Shown in pieces: positions 29,155 to 38,009 of a stretch of DNA of 64,000 nt. A program made the translations under genes and the position numbers. Positions within the stretch are counted from its first letter, which is position 1; every line of letters begins with the position of its first letter. This DNA comes from Gemmatimonadales bacterium (lineage in GTDB: Bacteria > Gemmatimonadota > Gemmatimonadetes > Gemmatimonadales > GWC2-71-9). Below the pieces are notes generated by a model, which saw nothing but the letters and a program-made list of their open reading frames with translations, ran no database searches and was not told the DNA's origin. The stretch is from contig DASPXD010000231.1 of assembly GCA_035637435.1 (NCBI GenBank), positions 49,215-113,214 of the forward strand, read 5' to 3'.

Positions 29155-29881
29155 GGACGAGCAACTTCTCATCCCGCCGCAGGTCGTTCCGATCGAGCGG
29201 CGGGCCTCCTTCACGAGCACCGATCCGTGGCGCGTGCTGCGCATCATGGGGGAGTTCGTCGAGGGGTTCGACACGCTGTCCGACGTGCGCAACGCGGTCA
29301 CGATCTTCGGCTCGGCGCGCACGCCGGAGAGTGATCCCTACTACGAGGCGGCACATAAAACCGCCCGCATGCTCGCGAAAGAGGGGTTCGCGATCATCAC
29401 CGGTGGTGGGCCGGGCATCATGGAAGCGGCGAATCGCGGCGCCAAGGAAGGAGGCGGCCTGTCGATCGGCTGTAACATCGAGCTGCCCTTCGAGCAGGGC
29501 ACGAACCAGTGGGTCGAGCGGTCGATCAATTTCCGCTACTTCTTCGTCCGCAAGACGATGTTCGTGAAGTACTCGACCGCGTTCATCACCTTCCCCGGAG
29601 GCTATGGCACGATGGACGAGCTGTTCGAGGCGCTGACCCTCGTGCAAACGGGCAAGGTGAAGCAATTCCCCGTCGTGCTGTTTGGCCGCGCCTACTGGGG
29701 CGGGCTCGCCGACTGGCTGAAGCAGCGCGTGGCCGGCGAAGGAAAGATCTCGCCGGAGGACTTGAACCTCTTCCTCGTGACGGACGATCCCAAGGAAGCG
29801 CTCGGCTGGATCGTCGACGCGCGCGAGCGCCGCACGCGGGCGTTCCGCGCGATGAGCCAGATCGCCCAGGCCACGCGATGA
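29105..29881 (+). CDS. LOG family protein (TIGR00730-type nucleotide 5'-monophosphate nucleosidase)
   Basis: [21 protein letters not shown] and [12 protein letters not shown] motifs. Overlaps the upstream gene by 50 nt (44 nt if the start is 29111). Confidence 0.9.
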   Translation: MTMSEQPSASPRSPLTEDEQLLIPPQVVPIERRASFTSTDPWRVLRIMGEFVEGFDTLSDVRNAVTIFGSARTPESDPYYEAAHKTARMLAKEGFAIITGGGPGIMEAANRGAKEGGGLSIGCNIELPFEQGTNQWVERSINFRYFFVRKTMFVKYSTAFITFPGGYGTMDELFEALTLVQTGKVKQFPVVLFGRAYWGGLADWLKQRVAGEGKISPEDLNLFLVTDDPKEALGWIVDARERRTRAFRAMSQIAQATR

Positions 29882-31014
29882 CGCAAAACGAATTCCTGCG
29901 CGGGCAGCGTATCAATCCGAAGCCGGTGAGCGGGAAGGAAACCGTCGCCGATCTCGTCGATAATGCGTTTCTCGCGTACAACGCGGGCCGCCTGGCGGAG
30001 GGCTGCCGGCTGTTTGCCGAGCGCATGCTGGAAGACGAGGTGACCGTGGGGATGAGCCTCACCGGCGCGATGACGCCGGCGGGGCTCGGGATGTCGACGA
30101 TCATCCCGCTCATCGAAGCGGGGTTCGTCGACTGGATCGTGTCGACGGGCGCCAACCTCTACCACGACGCCCACTTTGGGCTCGGCATGGCGATGCACCG
30201 CGGCACGCCGTTCGCCGACGACGTCGTGCTGCGCGAGGAAGGCGTCGTACGGATCTACGACATCTTCTTCGATTACGACGTCCTGCTCTCCACCGATCGC
30301 TTCGTGCGCGAAGTCTCCGCCCGGGCGGAATTTCAGCGTCCGATGAGCACGGCGGAGTATCACTTCATGCTCGGCGGCTACGTGCTGGAGCGCGAAAAGG
30401 CGCTCGGGTTGTCGCGTAAGTCGGTGCTCGGCGCCGCGCACGCCGCCGCCGTCCCGATTTACACGTCCTCTCCCGGCGATTCGTCCATCGGCATGAACGT
30501 GGCCGAGCAGGCGCTCTCGGGCAGCCAGCTCCGGTTCGACGTCAGCGCGGACGTGAACGAGACCTCTTCCATCGTTTTCTCGGCGAAGGTGCACGGCGGC
30601 AAGAGCGGCGTGCTGATCATCGGCGGCGGCAGTCCCAAGAACTTCGTGCTCCAGACGGAGCCGCAGATTCAGGAAGTGCTCGGGATCAGCGAGAAAGGCC
30701 ACGATTACTACCTGCAGCTCACGGACGCACGCCCCGACACCGGCGGACTTTCCGGTGCGACGCCATCGGAGGCGGTGAGCTGGGGCAAGGTCGATCCCGA
30801 CAAGCTTCCCGGCACCGTCGTGGCGTACCTCGACAACACCGTGGCCTTCCCGATTCTCGCGGCGTACGCGTTGGCGCGGCGCAAGCCCCGCAAGTTGAAG
30901 CGTCTCTATGACAAGCGCGCGGAGATGATGCGCGAGCTGACCGACTCCTATCTCGAGGCAAAGGCGGATCGCGACGCGCGCGCCGAGGCAGCAACTGGCG
31001 GCCGCGCGACCTGA
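29878..31014 (+). CDS. Deoxyhypusine synthase family protein
   Basis: 378 aa starting [25 protein letters not shown] and GGGSPKNF motifs, plus the catalytic-lysine context [13 protein letters not shown] overlap with the LOG gene. Confidence 0.9.
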   Translation: MTQNEFLRGQRINPKPVSGKETVADLVDNAFLAYNAGRLAEGCRLFAERMLEDEVTVGMSLTGAMTPAGLGMSTIIPLIEAGFVDWIVSTGANLYHDAHFGLGMAMHRGTPFADDVVLREEGVVRIYDIFFDYDVLLSTDRFVREVSARAEFQRPMSTAEYHFMLGGYVLEREKALGLSRKSVLGAAHAAAVPIYTSSPGDSSIGMNVAEQALSGSQLRFDVSADVNETSSIVFSAKVHGGKSGVLIIGGGSPKNFVLQTEPQIQEVLGISEKGHDYYLQLTDARPDTGGLSGATPSEAVSWGKVDPDKLPGTVVAYLDNTVAFPILAAYALARRKPRKLKRLYDKRAEMMRELTDSYLEAKADRDARAEAATGGRAT

Positions 31015-31018
31015 CAGG

Positions 31019-32542
31019 TTGCAGTCCCCCCCCCTCCCCCCTCCCGCTACCGCGACCAGGGCATACGCCGCCTACGTCCTGGGGTTGCTCACCGTGGTCA
31101 ACCTTCTCAACTACCTCGACCGCAACGTCGTCTACGCGGTGTTCGAGCCGATCAAGCGCGATCTCCAGCTTTCGGACGCGCAGCTGGGCTGGCTCGGCTC
31201 GGCCTACATCGTCGTGCTGTCGCTCGCCGCATTGCCGCTCGGAGTGATCGGAGACCTGCGCTCGCGGCGCAGCGTCATTACGCTGGGCGTTGCGGTGTGG
31301 AGTGCATCCACCGCGGCGGGCGGCTTCGTCAGAAAGTTCTGGCAGCTGTTCACGTGCCGCGCGCTGGTGGGCTTCGGCGAGGCGGGCTATGCACCCGCCT
31401 CGCAGGCGATCATCGCCCAGTACTATCGTGGCAAGCGGCGCGCGTTCGCGATCGGCGTCTACTCGGTGGGGATGGCGCTCGGCGGCGTGCTCGGCATCTG
31501 GTTCGGCGGCGTGATTGCCGAGCGCTACGGCTGGCGCTGGGCGTTCATCTGGATGGGGTTCCCCGGCCTCGTGCTCGCTTTGCTCGCGTCACGGTTGCGC
31601 GAGCTCGATCGCAAGCCGCCACCGCCGGTCCGCGACATTCTGCGCAGCTGGTGGCAACATGGCATGCACGGCGTCACGCGCTATGTCGCGCCGCTGGCCA
31701 TCTGCGCCGGCGTCGGCGCCGGGCTCGCGGGTATCCTGGCGTTGTTCGAAGGCATTCCATCGCAGATCGGCACGGCGCTGTTCGGTGTCGGTGTCAGCAT
31801 CGGGATCGCCTGGACCGTGTACCGGCTGGTGCCGCTCGCCGTGAGGCGAACGACCGAAGCGGGCGCGGTCGCGGCGGGCGCGTTCGACGACTTCCAGGAC
31901 GCCGCCATCCTCGTGCTGCGTACGCCGACGCTGATCTGGATATTTCTGGGCGGAGCGATGGTCACGTTCGCCGTGAATGGGCTGGTCGCCTGGGCGGCGG
32001 CATTCATGCAGCGCACGCACGGGATGTCGATCGCCAACGTCGGCGCGCAATTCGGGCTCTGGGCGCTCGGCGGCGGAGTGCTGGGCGCCCTGAGCGGCGG
32101 AAGGCTCGGAGACCGCGTGCAACAGTATTGGCATGGGGGCCGCGTGCTCGTCTCGGGCGCCGGTTTCGTACTCGGTGGGCCGGTCTGCGCGGCCTTGTTG
32201 TTGGTCGAGGATCTGCGCTGGTTCGCGCCGCTGATTATGGCGACGTATTTCCTGTACACCTGGTACAACGGGCCCCTGGCCGCCGTGATCCTCGACGTCG
32301 TACCGCCGGCGGTCCAGGCATCGGTGCTGGGCGCGTTCGTGTTGTTCTCGCACCTGGCCGGGGACGCCCTCGCGCCGCCGCTGATCGGCTATCTGTCGGA
32401 CCGGACCGGCAATCTACGGACGGCGATGCTGCTGCTGCCCGCCGTCGGCCTGCTCGGCGGCCTGGTGATTCTCATCGCGTTACGGACGGTGGCGCGCGAC
32501 ATGCGGCGCGTGACCGCGCTCGACATCCATGTGTCCGGCTGA
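31019..32542 (+). CDS. MFS transporter (Spinster-like)
   Basis: 507 aa with NLLNYLDRNV near TM1 and about 12 TM segments. Apparent TTG start 5 nt after the DHS-like stop. A C9/C6 tract covers codons 3-8. Confidence 0.8.
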   Translation: MQSPPLPPPATATRAYAAYVLGLLTVVNLLNYLDRNVVYAVFEPIKRDLQLSDAQLGWLGSAYIVVLSLAALPLGVIGDLRSRRSVITLGVAVWSASTAAGGFVRKFWQLFTCRALVGFGEAGYAPASQAIIAQYYRGKRRAFAIGVYSVGMALGGVLGIWFGGVIAERYGWRWAFIWMGFPGLVLALLASRLRELDRKPPPPVRDILRSWWQHGMHGVTRYVAPLAICAGVGAGLAGILALFEGIPSQIGTALFGVGVSIGIAWTVYRLVPLAVRRTTEAGAVAAGAFDDFQDAAILVLRTPTLIWIFLGGAMVTFAVNGLVAWAAAFMQRTHGMSIANVGAQFGLWALGGGVLGALSGGRLGDRVQQYWHGGRVLVSGAGFVLGGPVCAALLLVEDLRWFAPLIMATYFLYTWYNGPLAAVILDVVPPAVQASVLGAFVLFSHLAGDALAPPLIGYLSDRTGNLRTAMLLLPAVGLLGGLVILIALRTVARDMRRVTALDIHVSG

Positions 32543-32557
32543 GATTGAGGTGGGGTC

Positions 32558-33556
32558 ATGAAGATCGCGGTGATCTTCGATTCGCTGCATCCCGAGTGGG
32601 AAGACGCGGCCTTCAAGCGTGAAGTCGAGGAGAAAGCCGAAGAGGCGGAGTACGATGTCGCGCGCGCGCTGCTGGCGGGCGGCCACGACGTCCTCATGAT
32701 CGGCATCGGCGACGACGTCGCGCCATTACTCGCCAAACTGGCGGATTTCCAGCCCAAGCTGGTGTTCAACGGCTGCGAGGGCTTTCGCAAGAACGCGCGC
32801 CACGAATACGCGGTCGCGGCGCTGCTCGACATGTACGGCTATCGCTACACCGGATCGTCGCCGACCGCGTTGCTCGTCGCCCGCAACAAGTCGCTCACCA
32901 AAAAGATCCTGGCCTACCATGGCATCCGGGTGCCGGCGTTTGCGGAATTCCACGACGGCGACGAGCTGGTGCGGCCGTCGGAGCTGCGCTTTCCCCTGAT
33001 CGTGAAGCCGCTGCTCGAGGACGCGTCGATCGGCATCGCCCAGGCGTCGGTTGTCGAGGACGACGCGTCCCTGAAGCAGCGCGTCGAGTTCATCCACACG
33101 AAATACCATCAGGCCGCGATCGTGGAAGAGCTGGTCGAAGGGCGCGAGGTCTACGTCGGGCTGATCGGCAACGACGAGCTCGAAGTGCTGCCGCTGACGG
33201 AGATGACCTTCGGCGAGCCGGAGACCGCCGAGCACCGCATCGCGACGTACAAGGCGAAATGGGACGAGGATTACCGCAAGAAGAAGAAGATCAAGAACGT
33301 GTTCGCCAAGGGTGTGTCGGAGCCGTTGACGCGCCGCATCGGCGAGATCTGCAGCACCGCGTTCCACGCGCTGTGGCTGCAGGACTATGGCCGCGTCGAC
33401 GTCCGGCTGGCGCATGACGACGAGGTCTACGTGCTCGAGGTGAACCCCAACCCGTTCATCGCCGCCGAGCATGAACTGGCGGAGGCCGCCGAGAAAGCGG
33501 GCCTCAAGTACAACGCCTTCATTCAGCGGATCGTGGACGAGGCCATGGCCCGGTGA
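32558..33556 (+). CDS. ATP-grasp ligase, D-alanine--D-alanine ligase-like family
   Basis: 332 aa starting MKIAVIFDS, with PLIVKPLLEDASIG and VLEVNPNP ATP-grasp motifs. Confidence 0.8.
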   Translation: MKIAVIFDSLHPEWEDAAFKREVEEKAEEAEYDVARALLAGGHDVLMIGIGDDVAPLLAKLADFQPKLVFNGCEGFRKNARHEYAVAALLDMYGYRYTGSSPTALLVARNKSLTKKILAYHGIRVPAFAEFHDGDELVRPSELRFPLIVKPLLEDASIGIAQASVVEDDASLKQRVEFIHTKYHQAAIVEELVEGREVYVGLIGNDELEVLPLTEMTFGEPETAEHRIATYKAKWDEDYRKKKKIKNVFAKGVSEPLTRRIGEICSTAFHALWLQDYGRVDVRLAHDDEVYVLEVNPNPFIAAEHELAEAAEKAGLKYNAFIQRIVDEAMAR

Positions 33557-34545
33557 GCCGCCGCGAGGTCCCCACCCCGGAGCTGCGCTGCCCCACGTGC
33601 CACACCGAGCTGGAGCGGTTCTGGAGTTACTGCCCGAGCTGCAGCCGGCGGCTGGAATGGCCCGACACCCAGCGCGAGACCGGCGCCGAGTGCGCGTACT
33701 GCGGGTGGATGGTATCGGACGCGTCGTCGTTCTGTCCCTGGTGCGGGCGCAACATCAAGGACGAGGATTCCAGCGAGGAGCCGCTCAAGGCGCCGAAGGG
33801 ATTCAAATTCCACGCCCGCTGCGATTGGGGTTGCGGCGGCGGCGTCATGTACCCGATGCGCTTCTGCCCCTGGTGCGGGCGCGCGCAATCGTGGCGCTAC
33901 GATCACTTCCAGAACGCCTGCCCGCATTGCGACCGGGGCGTGGACGACTGGATGGCGACGTGCCCGTGGTGCGGCGAGGACGCGACCGGCCGCGATCTGA
34001 TCCCGCGTGCCCTGCGCCGGGCGCGGCGCTTGCTCATTGTGGCGCGCCTGCGCGACTGGCATTACCGCGTGGTATTGCGGCCGGGCGTATCGGGCGTCGC
34101 GCCGCGGGCGCCGAAGGTGATCGAGCTGGACCGCCGCTTCGTGACCGGCAAGCGCCGCCGCGATGAGATCTCGTGGAGCATGCTCACCGGCCTGTTGCTG
34201 CACGAGCTCGGCCACTCATTCCTCTATCATCACTGGGCGTGGACGCGCACCGGCCGGTTTCGCCGCGCCTTCGGCGAGGTGCGCAAAGCCTATCGCGTCG
34301 CCGACGAGCACTGGGTGGATTTCGAGCGGCGCCGCATTGCGACGACACTGACCGACTACGTCAGTGCCTATGCGGCGACCCACCCGCAGGAGGATTTTGC
34401 GGAGACGTTCCGGTTTTACGTCGCGCGGCGCGGGCGGCTGCGGGAGCTGTTCGCGGAGTTCGGCCGCAAGCGCAAGGGCGTGAGGGTGTATGAGAAATTT
34501 TTGGTCTTGCATGACTTCGTGCGAAGTTTGAGAGGCTGGAAGTAG
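33553..34545 (+). CDS. Four zinc ribbons followed by a putative HExxH zinc-metallopeptidase domain
   Basis: Ribbons CPTCH..x..CPSC, CAYCG..x..CPWC, CDWGCG..x..CPWC and CPHCD..x..CPWC, then LLHELGHSFLYHHW. GTGA overlap with the ATP-grasp gene. Confidence 0.65.
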   Translation: MSRREVPTPELRCPTCHTELERFWSYCPSCSRRLEWPDTQRETGAECAYCGWMVSDASSFCPWCGRNIKDEDSSEEPLKAPKGFKFHARCDWGCGGGVMYPMRFCPWCGRAQSWRYDHFQNACPHCDRGVDDWMATCPWCGEDATGRDLIPRALRRARRLLIVARLRDWHYRVVLRPGVSGVAPRAPKVIELDRRFVTGKRRRDEISWSMLTGLLLHELGHSFLYHHWAWTRTGRFRRAFGEVRKAYRVADEHWVDFERRRIATTLTDYVSAYAATHPQEDFAETFRFYVARRGRLRELFAEFGRKRKGVRVYEKFLVLHDFVRSLRGWK

Positions 34546-34549
34546 AAGC

Positions 34550-34574
34550 GGCGAGGGTTTGCCGCCCCCTCGCC
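34550..34574. terminator. GC-rich stem-loop between convergent genes (possible bidirectional terminator)
   Basis: GGCGAGGG (34550-34557) pairs with CCCTCGCC (34567-34574) across a 9-nt loop. Confidence 0.4.
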
Positions 34575-34589
34575 GCCCCTTCGCCGCCC

Positions 34590-35030
34590 TTAGTACAAGG
34601 TCACATTCAGGCCCGCGACCAGCTGCACTGACGAGTTGTCGTGGAATATCCCGCGCAGCTCGAGATACGGATGTGTGCGGCCATAGCGCGTTTCCAGGCC
34701 GCCAAATAAATCGAAGCCCGTGTCCGAGTTCCCACTCGTCTTGAGGATGTTCAAGCCGCCGCCGAGGTACAGCGGCGCGCCTGGTGTCCGAAATTGCAGA
34801 TCGGCGTTGAGGCCGAACAACGAGCCGGGGTCGACGAAGTAATAATCGAACGACGGATACAGTTCGATCGAGCGCGAGAGTGGCAGATGAACTTGCGCGC
34901 CGATCAGCCAGTCATCGCCGTCGACGTTGTAGCCAGTATGCACGCCAAAGTGCGAGCGCTGGGCAGCCGCGCGGGAAACGCCGGCTGCGCCGAGCAGCAG
35001 GACGAGCATTGCGAAAATGCGTCGCATCAT
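34590..35030 (-). CDS. Small outer-membrane beta-barrel protein
   Basis: Signal peptide MMRRIFAMLVLLLGAAGVSRAAAQ, alternating beta-strand pattern, C-terminal ...VTLY. Confidence 0.65.
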   Translation of the reverse strand: MMRRIFAMLVLLLGAAGVSRAAAQRSHFGVHTGYNVDGDDWLIGAQVHLPLSRSIELYPSFDYYFVDPGSLFGLNADLQFRTPGAPLYLGGGLNILKTSGNSDTGFDLFGGLETRYGRTHPYLELRGIFHDNSSVQLVAGLNVTLY

Positions 35031-35153
35031 CCGGTCCTCCGGTTATGGTGCGGCCTCCTCTACCCGGGGACCGGACACGGGTTCGCGGGTTCCTGCGCGC
35101 GCCCGATGGACCGGTGAGCCGTGTCACACGGCGTGAATGGGACCGCGCGCGCG

Positions 35154-35828
35154 TTAGCCCGCGAAACAGTACCCGCAGCCCTTCTCCTGCGCACGGCTCA
35201 CTGCCAGCACGCCCGACGGCACGACTTGCGAGCCCGGAATGAGACCGGCTATCCACTCGGCCTTCACGGCTGCCGGGTCCATTCCCATCTTCTGCGCGAC
35301 CGCGCCGCTGTAAATCGTCAGCGCGACGTTGCAGACGCCGAACTGCACGCCGCTGGCGAGCAGCGCTTCGACGCCCGTGCCCGGCAGCGGCAGCGGCATC
35401 ACCTTCGCGAACGTGTTGCGGACCGCCGGCGCGTCGCCGTCCTTCAGATTGAACACCTCACCCAGCTTGTACTTCGCCCACAGCTCATCCTTCATCGCGA
35501 GCGGAATCGCCGCATGCCGCAGAATCACGACCGCGGAGTTGTCCGCGTCCTTGGTGCCGTAATTGTCGTTGTAGCTGTTGAGCCAGACGCGCGGCCAGAC
35601 CACCGGCATGCCGCCGTTCACCTCGGGCGCGTCGAACACCATCTTGTGCTTCCCGGTGATGCGGTTGAGCCATGCCTCGAACGACGGGTCGATCGCTTTG
35701 CTCGCGCTCGTGCGGGGATTCGCCTCGAGACGCAGCGGCGTCAGGCTCGCGAAACCGGCAGCGGCAGCGGCGGCGAGAGTGCCCAAAAAGCCGCGCCGTG
35801 GAGTGGTGGCATCGTTGAATTCGAACAT
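35154..35828 (-). CDS. Tat-exported protein, possibly DsrE/DsrF-like
   Basis: 224 aa starting MFEFNDATTPRRGFLGTLAAAAAAGFA (twin-arginine signal). Candidate reactive Cys in GVQFGVCNVAL and C-terminal CGYC. RBS GGAGG. Trimmed from the 330-aa ORF. The gene call is firmer than the family assignment. Confidence 0.55.
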   Translation of the reverse strand: MFEFNDATTPRRGFLGTLAAAAAAGFASLTPLRLEANPRTSASKAIDPSFEAWLNRITGKHKMVFDAPEVNGGMPVVWPRVWLNSYNDNYGTKDADNSAVVILRHAAIPLAMKDELWAKYKLGEVFNLKDGDAPAVRNTFAKVMPLPLPGTGVEALLASGVQFGVCNVALTIYSGAVAQKMGMDPAAVKAEWIAGLIPGSQVVPSGVLAVSRAQEKGCGYCFAG

Positions 35829-35838
35829 CGACAGCCTC

Positions 35839-36648
35839 CTAGTGGTGAGTCCGTGTTGGATATGCGACATCGGGTGGTGAATCGCCATTCGGCCAATCAT
35901 TCTCTTTCCCCCGGAAATCGGGGCGCGGACGCGCGTTGATATACGCGGCGGCGTCGAACGCCTGCTGGTCGGCGAGCGTGGCGGGCGCATCGAACGGCAT
36001 GTTGCGGCTGATGAACTCGGCGGCGGTGCGGACCCGCGCCATGCCGGCGCCGATATTGTAGGACGCGGCGCCCCACAGCGGTGGCGCGCCCGCGGTTCCC
36101 TCGCCCGCCGCCCCGTGGCATTTCGCGCAGGAACCCGTGAACACACGCGCGCCGGCCGCCGTGTCCGCCTTGAACGCGGCCCATTTCTGCAACCGTGTGC
36201 TCGGCGCCGGGGGTGATACGGACGCGCCGCGAGACAGAAACGCGAAATAGGTGACGATGTCTCGCATATCGGCGCCCGCCGGATCGATTGCCGTGCCGTT
36301 CATGCTACGGCGAAAGCAATCGTTGACGCGGTACTCGATCGTCTCGATCATGCCGCTGCGCGAGCGATACTGCGGATAGCGCGCGAATACACCCATCCAC
36401 GTCCCGCTCTCACGCCGTCCTTCGTCGAGGTGGCAGCTGGTGCAGCGCAGCCGGTTGCCGACGTGGCTGGGCAGGCTGTCACGCGTCGCCGTGAGGAGCG
36501 CCCGGCCGCGCCGCACTGCGTCGCCATACGGACCCGCGGGAATGATCGCGTCGGCCGCCGCCGTGGCGCTCGCGGCCGCCGGCAGGCGAGCGGAATCGGC
36601 TCGAGAGCAACCGGTAATGCAGACGGTGCAGAAAAGGACAACCCACAT
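35839..36648 (-). CDS. Dihaem c-type cytochrome, thiosulfate dehydrogenase (TsdA)-like
   Basis: Two CxxCH motifs (CTSCH, CAKCH). A conserved-looking Cys in RVNDCFRRSMNG lies 38 aa after the first haem His. Lipoprotein-like N-terminus MWVVLFCTVCITGC. Confidence 0.6.
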   Translation of the reverse strand: MWVVLFCTVCITGCSRADSARLPAAASATAAADAIIPAGPYGDAVRRGRALLTATRDSLPSHVGNRLRCTSCHLDEGRRESGTWMGVFARYPQYRSRSGMIETIEYRVNDCFRRSMNGTAIDPAGADMRDIVTYFAFLSRGASVSPPAPSTRLQKWAAFKADTAAGARVFTGSCAKCHGAAGEGTAGAPPLWGAASYNIGAGMARVRTAAEFISRNMPFDAPATLADQQAFDAAAYINARPRPDFRGKENDWPNGDSPPDVAYPTRTHH

Positions 36649-36728
36649 ACTGGAACGCACGGGGCGAGATAATACAACCTTCCGGGCAGGCGGGCTATCC
36701 AACGGGGAGCCTCCACCCGGGATTTCCC

Positions 36729-38009
36729 ATGATTGCACCGTTGATCGCGTCGCTGCTGCTCGGCCTCCAAAACCAAGCGCCGCTCGACTCCGCCACGATT
36801 ACGCGTGTGCTCGGTCAGTTGCGCACCAGCGACTCCGTCGTCTGCGCGCTCGCCGGTCAGGCGCTGACCAACTACGGCGGTTGGTGGGGCTGGAGCCATT
36901 CAGATCCAGGCATGCCGATGCCCCGTCCCATGCCCACGCCCATGCCGATGCCGGGTGGCGGTGGGGGCGGTGGGGGAGGCGTGCATGTGGACTTTCATGA
37001 GCGCAATCACGACCTGGATCCCGCCGTCCTGCGGGCGTTCCGCGCGGTCGTAAGAGACGAGAACCGTTGCATCCGCAACATCGCCGTGCGCCTGCTCGGC
37101 GGGCATGGCGGCTCGGGGACGTATGACCTCTTCCTGTCACTGCTGCGCGACTCACGGTCCGATCTGCGCGAAAGCGGCGCCCTCGGCCTCGGCGAGCTCG
37201 AAGATTCGCGCGCGATCAGCCCGCTGAGCGACGCGCTCGGCGGTGACGCCAGCCCGCAGGTGCGCGCGACCGCGGCGTGGGCCCTTGGGGAAATCGAAGA
37301 GAAGGTCGCGATCGACGCTCTGGCGCGCGCGCTCGGCGATCGTGCACCGGAAGTCCGACGCACGGCCGCCTGGGCGCTGGGAGCAATCGAGGATCAGCGG
37401 GCAGTCCGGCCGCTGAGCGGCGCGCTCAATGACGCCGTGCTCGACGTGCGCCTCGCGGCGGTGTGGGCGCTCGGCGAAATCGAAGACGCGTCCGCGGTGC
37501 CGCTGCTGGTGATCGCGACGAAAGATCGCGAGCCGCGCGTGCGCCAGGCCGCGGCATGGGCGCTCGGCGAAATCGAAAGCCGGCAAGGCGTCGGCCCGCT
37601 CGAAGCGTTGGTGCGCGATCCGGTCGTCGACGTGCGCAAGACCGCCATCTGGGCCCTCGGCGAAATCGAGGACGGCAGCGGCGTCGCTCCCGCCGCGACC
37701 GCACTCAAGGACGCCGATCCCGAGGTGCGCGTGCTGGCGGCCTGGGCACTCGGCGAGATCGAAGGCGACGCGGCGGTTGAGCCGCTGGTCGCGGCGCTCA
37801 AGGACAGCGACATCGACGTTCGGGCGACCGCCGCGTGGGCGTTAGGCGAGATCGAGAGCCCGCGGGCGCGCGATGGGCTCACCGCGGCGCAGCGCGATGA
37901 AGCCGGCTCGGTCCGCCATGCGGCCACGTGGGCGCTGCGGCAGATCGACGACGAAGACGATCCCCACGTGCGCGTGCACGTGCGCCCGCGCGTGAAGGTC
38001 AAGCCTTGA
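36729..38009 (+). CDS. HEAT-repeat (PBS-lyase HEAT-like) protein with Met/Pro-rich and poly-Gly N-terminal segment
   Basis: About 8 tandem ~31-aa units with consensus D..VR..AAWALGEIED..AV.PL..AL.D, preceded by PGMPMPRPMPTPMPMPGGGGGGGGG. Confidence 0.85.
   Translation: MIAPLIASLLLGLQNQAPLDSATITRVLGQLRTSDSVVCALAGQALTNYGGWWGWSHSDPGMPMPRPMPTPMPMPGGGGGGGGGVHVDFHERNHDLDPAVLRAFRAVVRDENRCIRNIAVRLLGGHGGSGTYDLFLSLLRDSRSDLRESGALGLGELEDSRAISPLSDALGGDASPQVRATAAWALGEIEEKVAIDALARALGDRAPEVRRTAAWALGAIEDQRAVRPLSGALNDAVLDVRLAAVWALGEIEDASAVPLLVIATKDREPRVRQAAAWALGEIESRQGVGPLEALVRDPVVDVRKTAIWALGEIEDGSGVAPAATALKDADPEVRVLAAWALGEIEGDAAVEPLVAALKDSDIDVRATAAWALGEIESPRARDGLTAAQRDEAGSVRHAATWALRQIDDEDDPHVRVHVRPRVKVKP

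Noticed and set aside
35118-35132. Palindrome GCCGTGTCACACGGC downstream of the Tat-protein gene
   Set aside because: It could be a weak terminator or a binding site. It is short, lacks a U-tract, and has only a 1-nt centre, so I did not call it as a feature.
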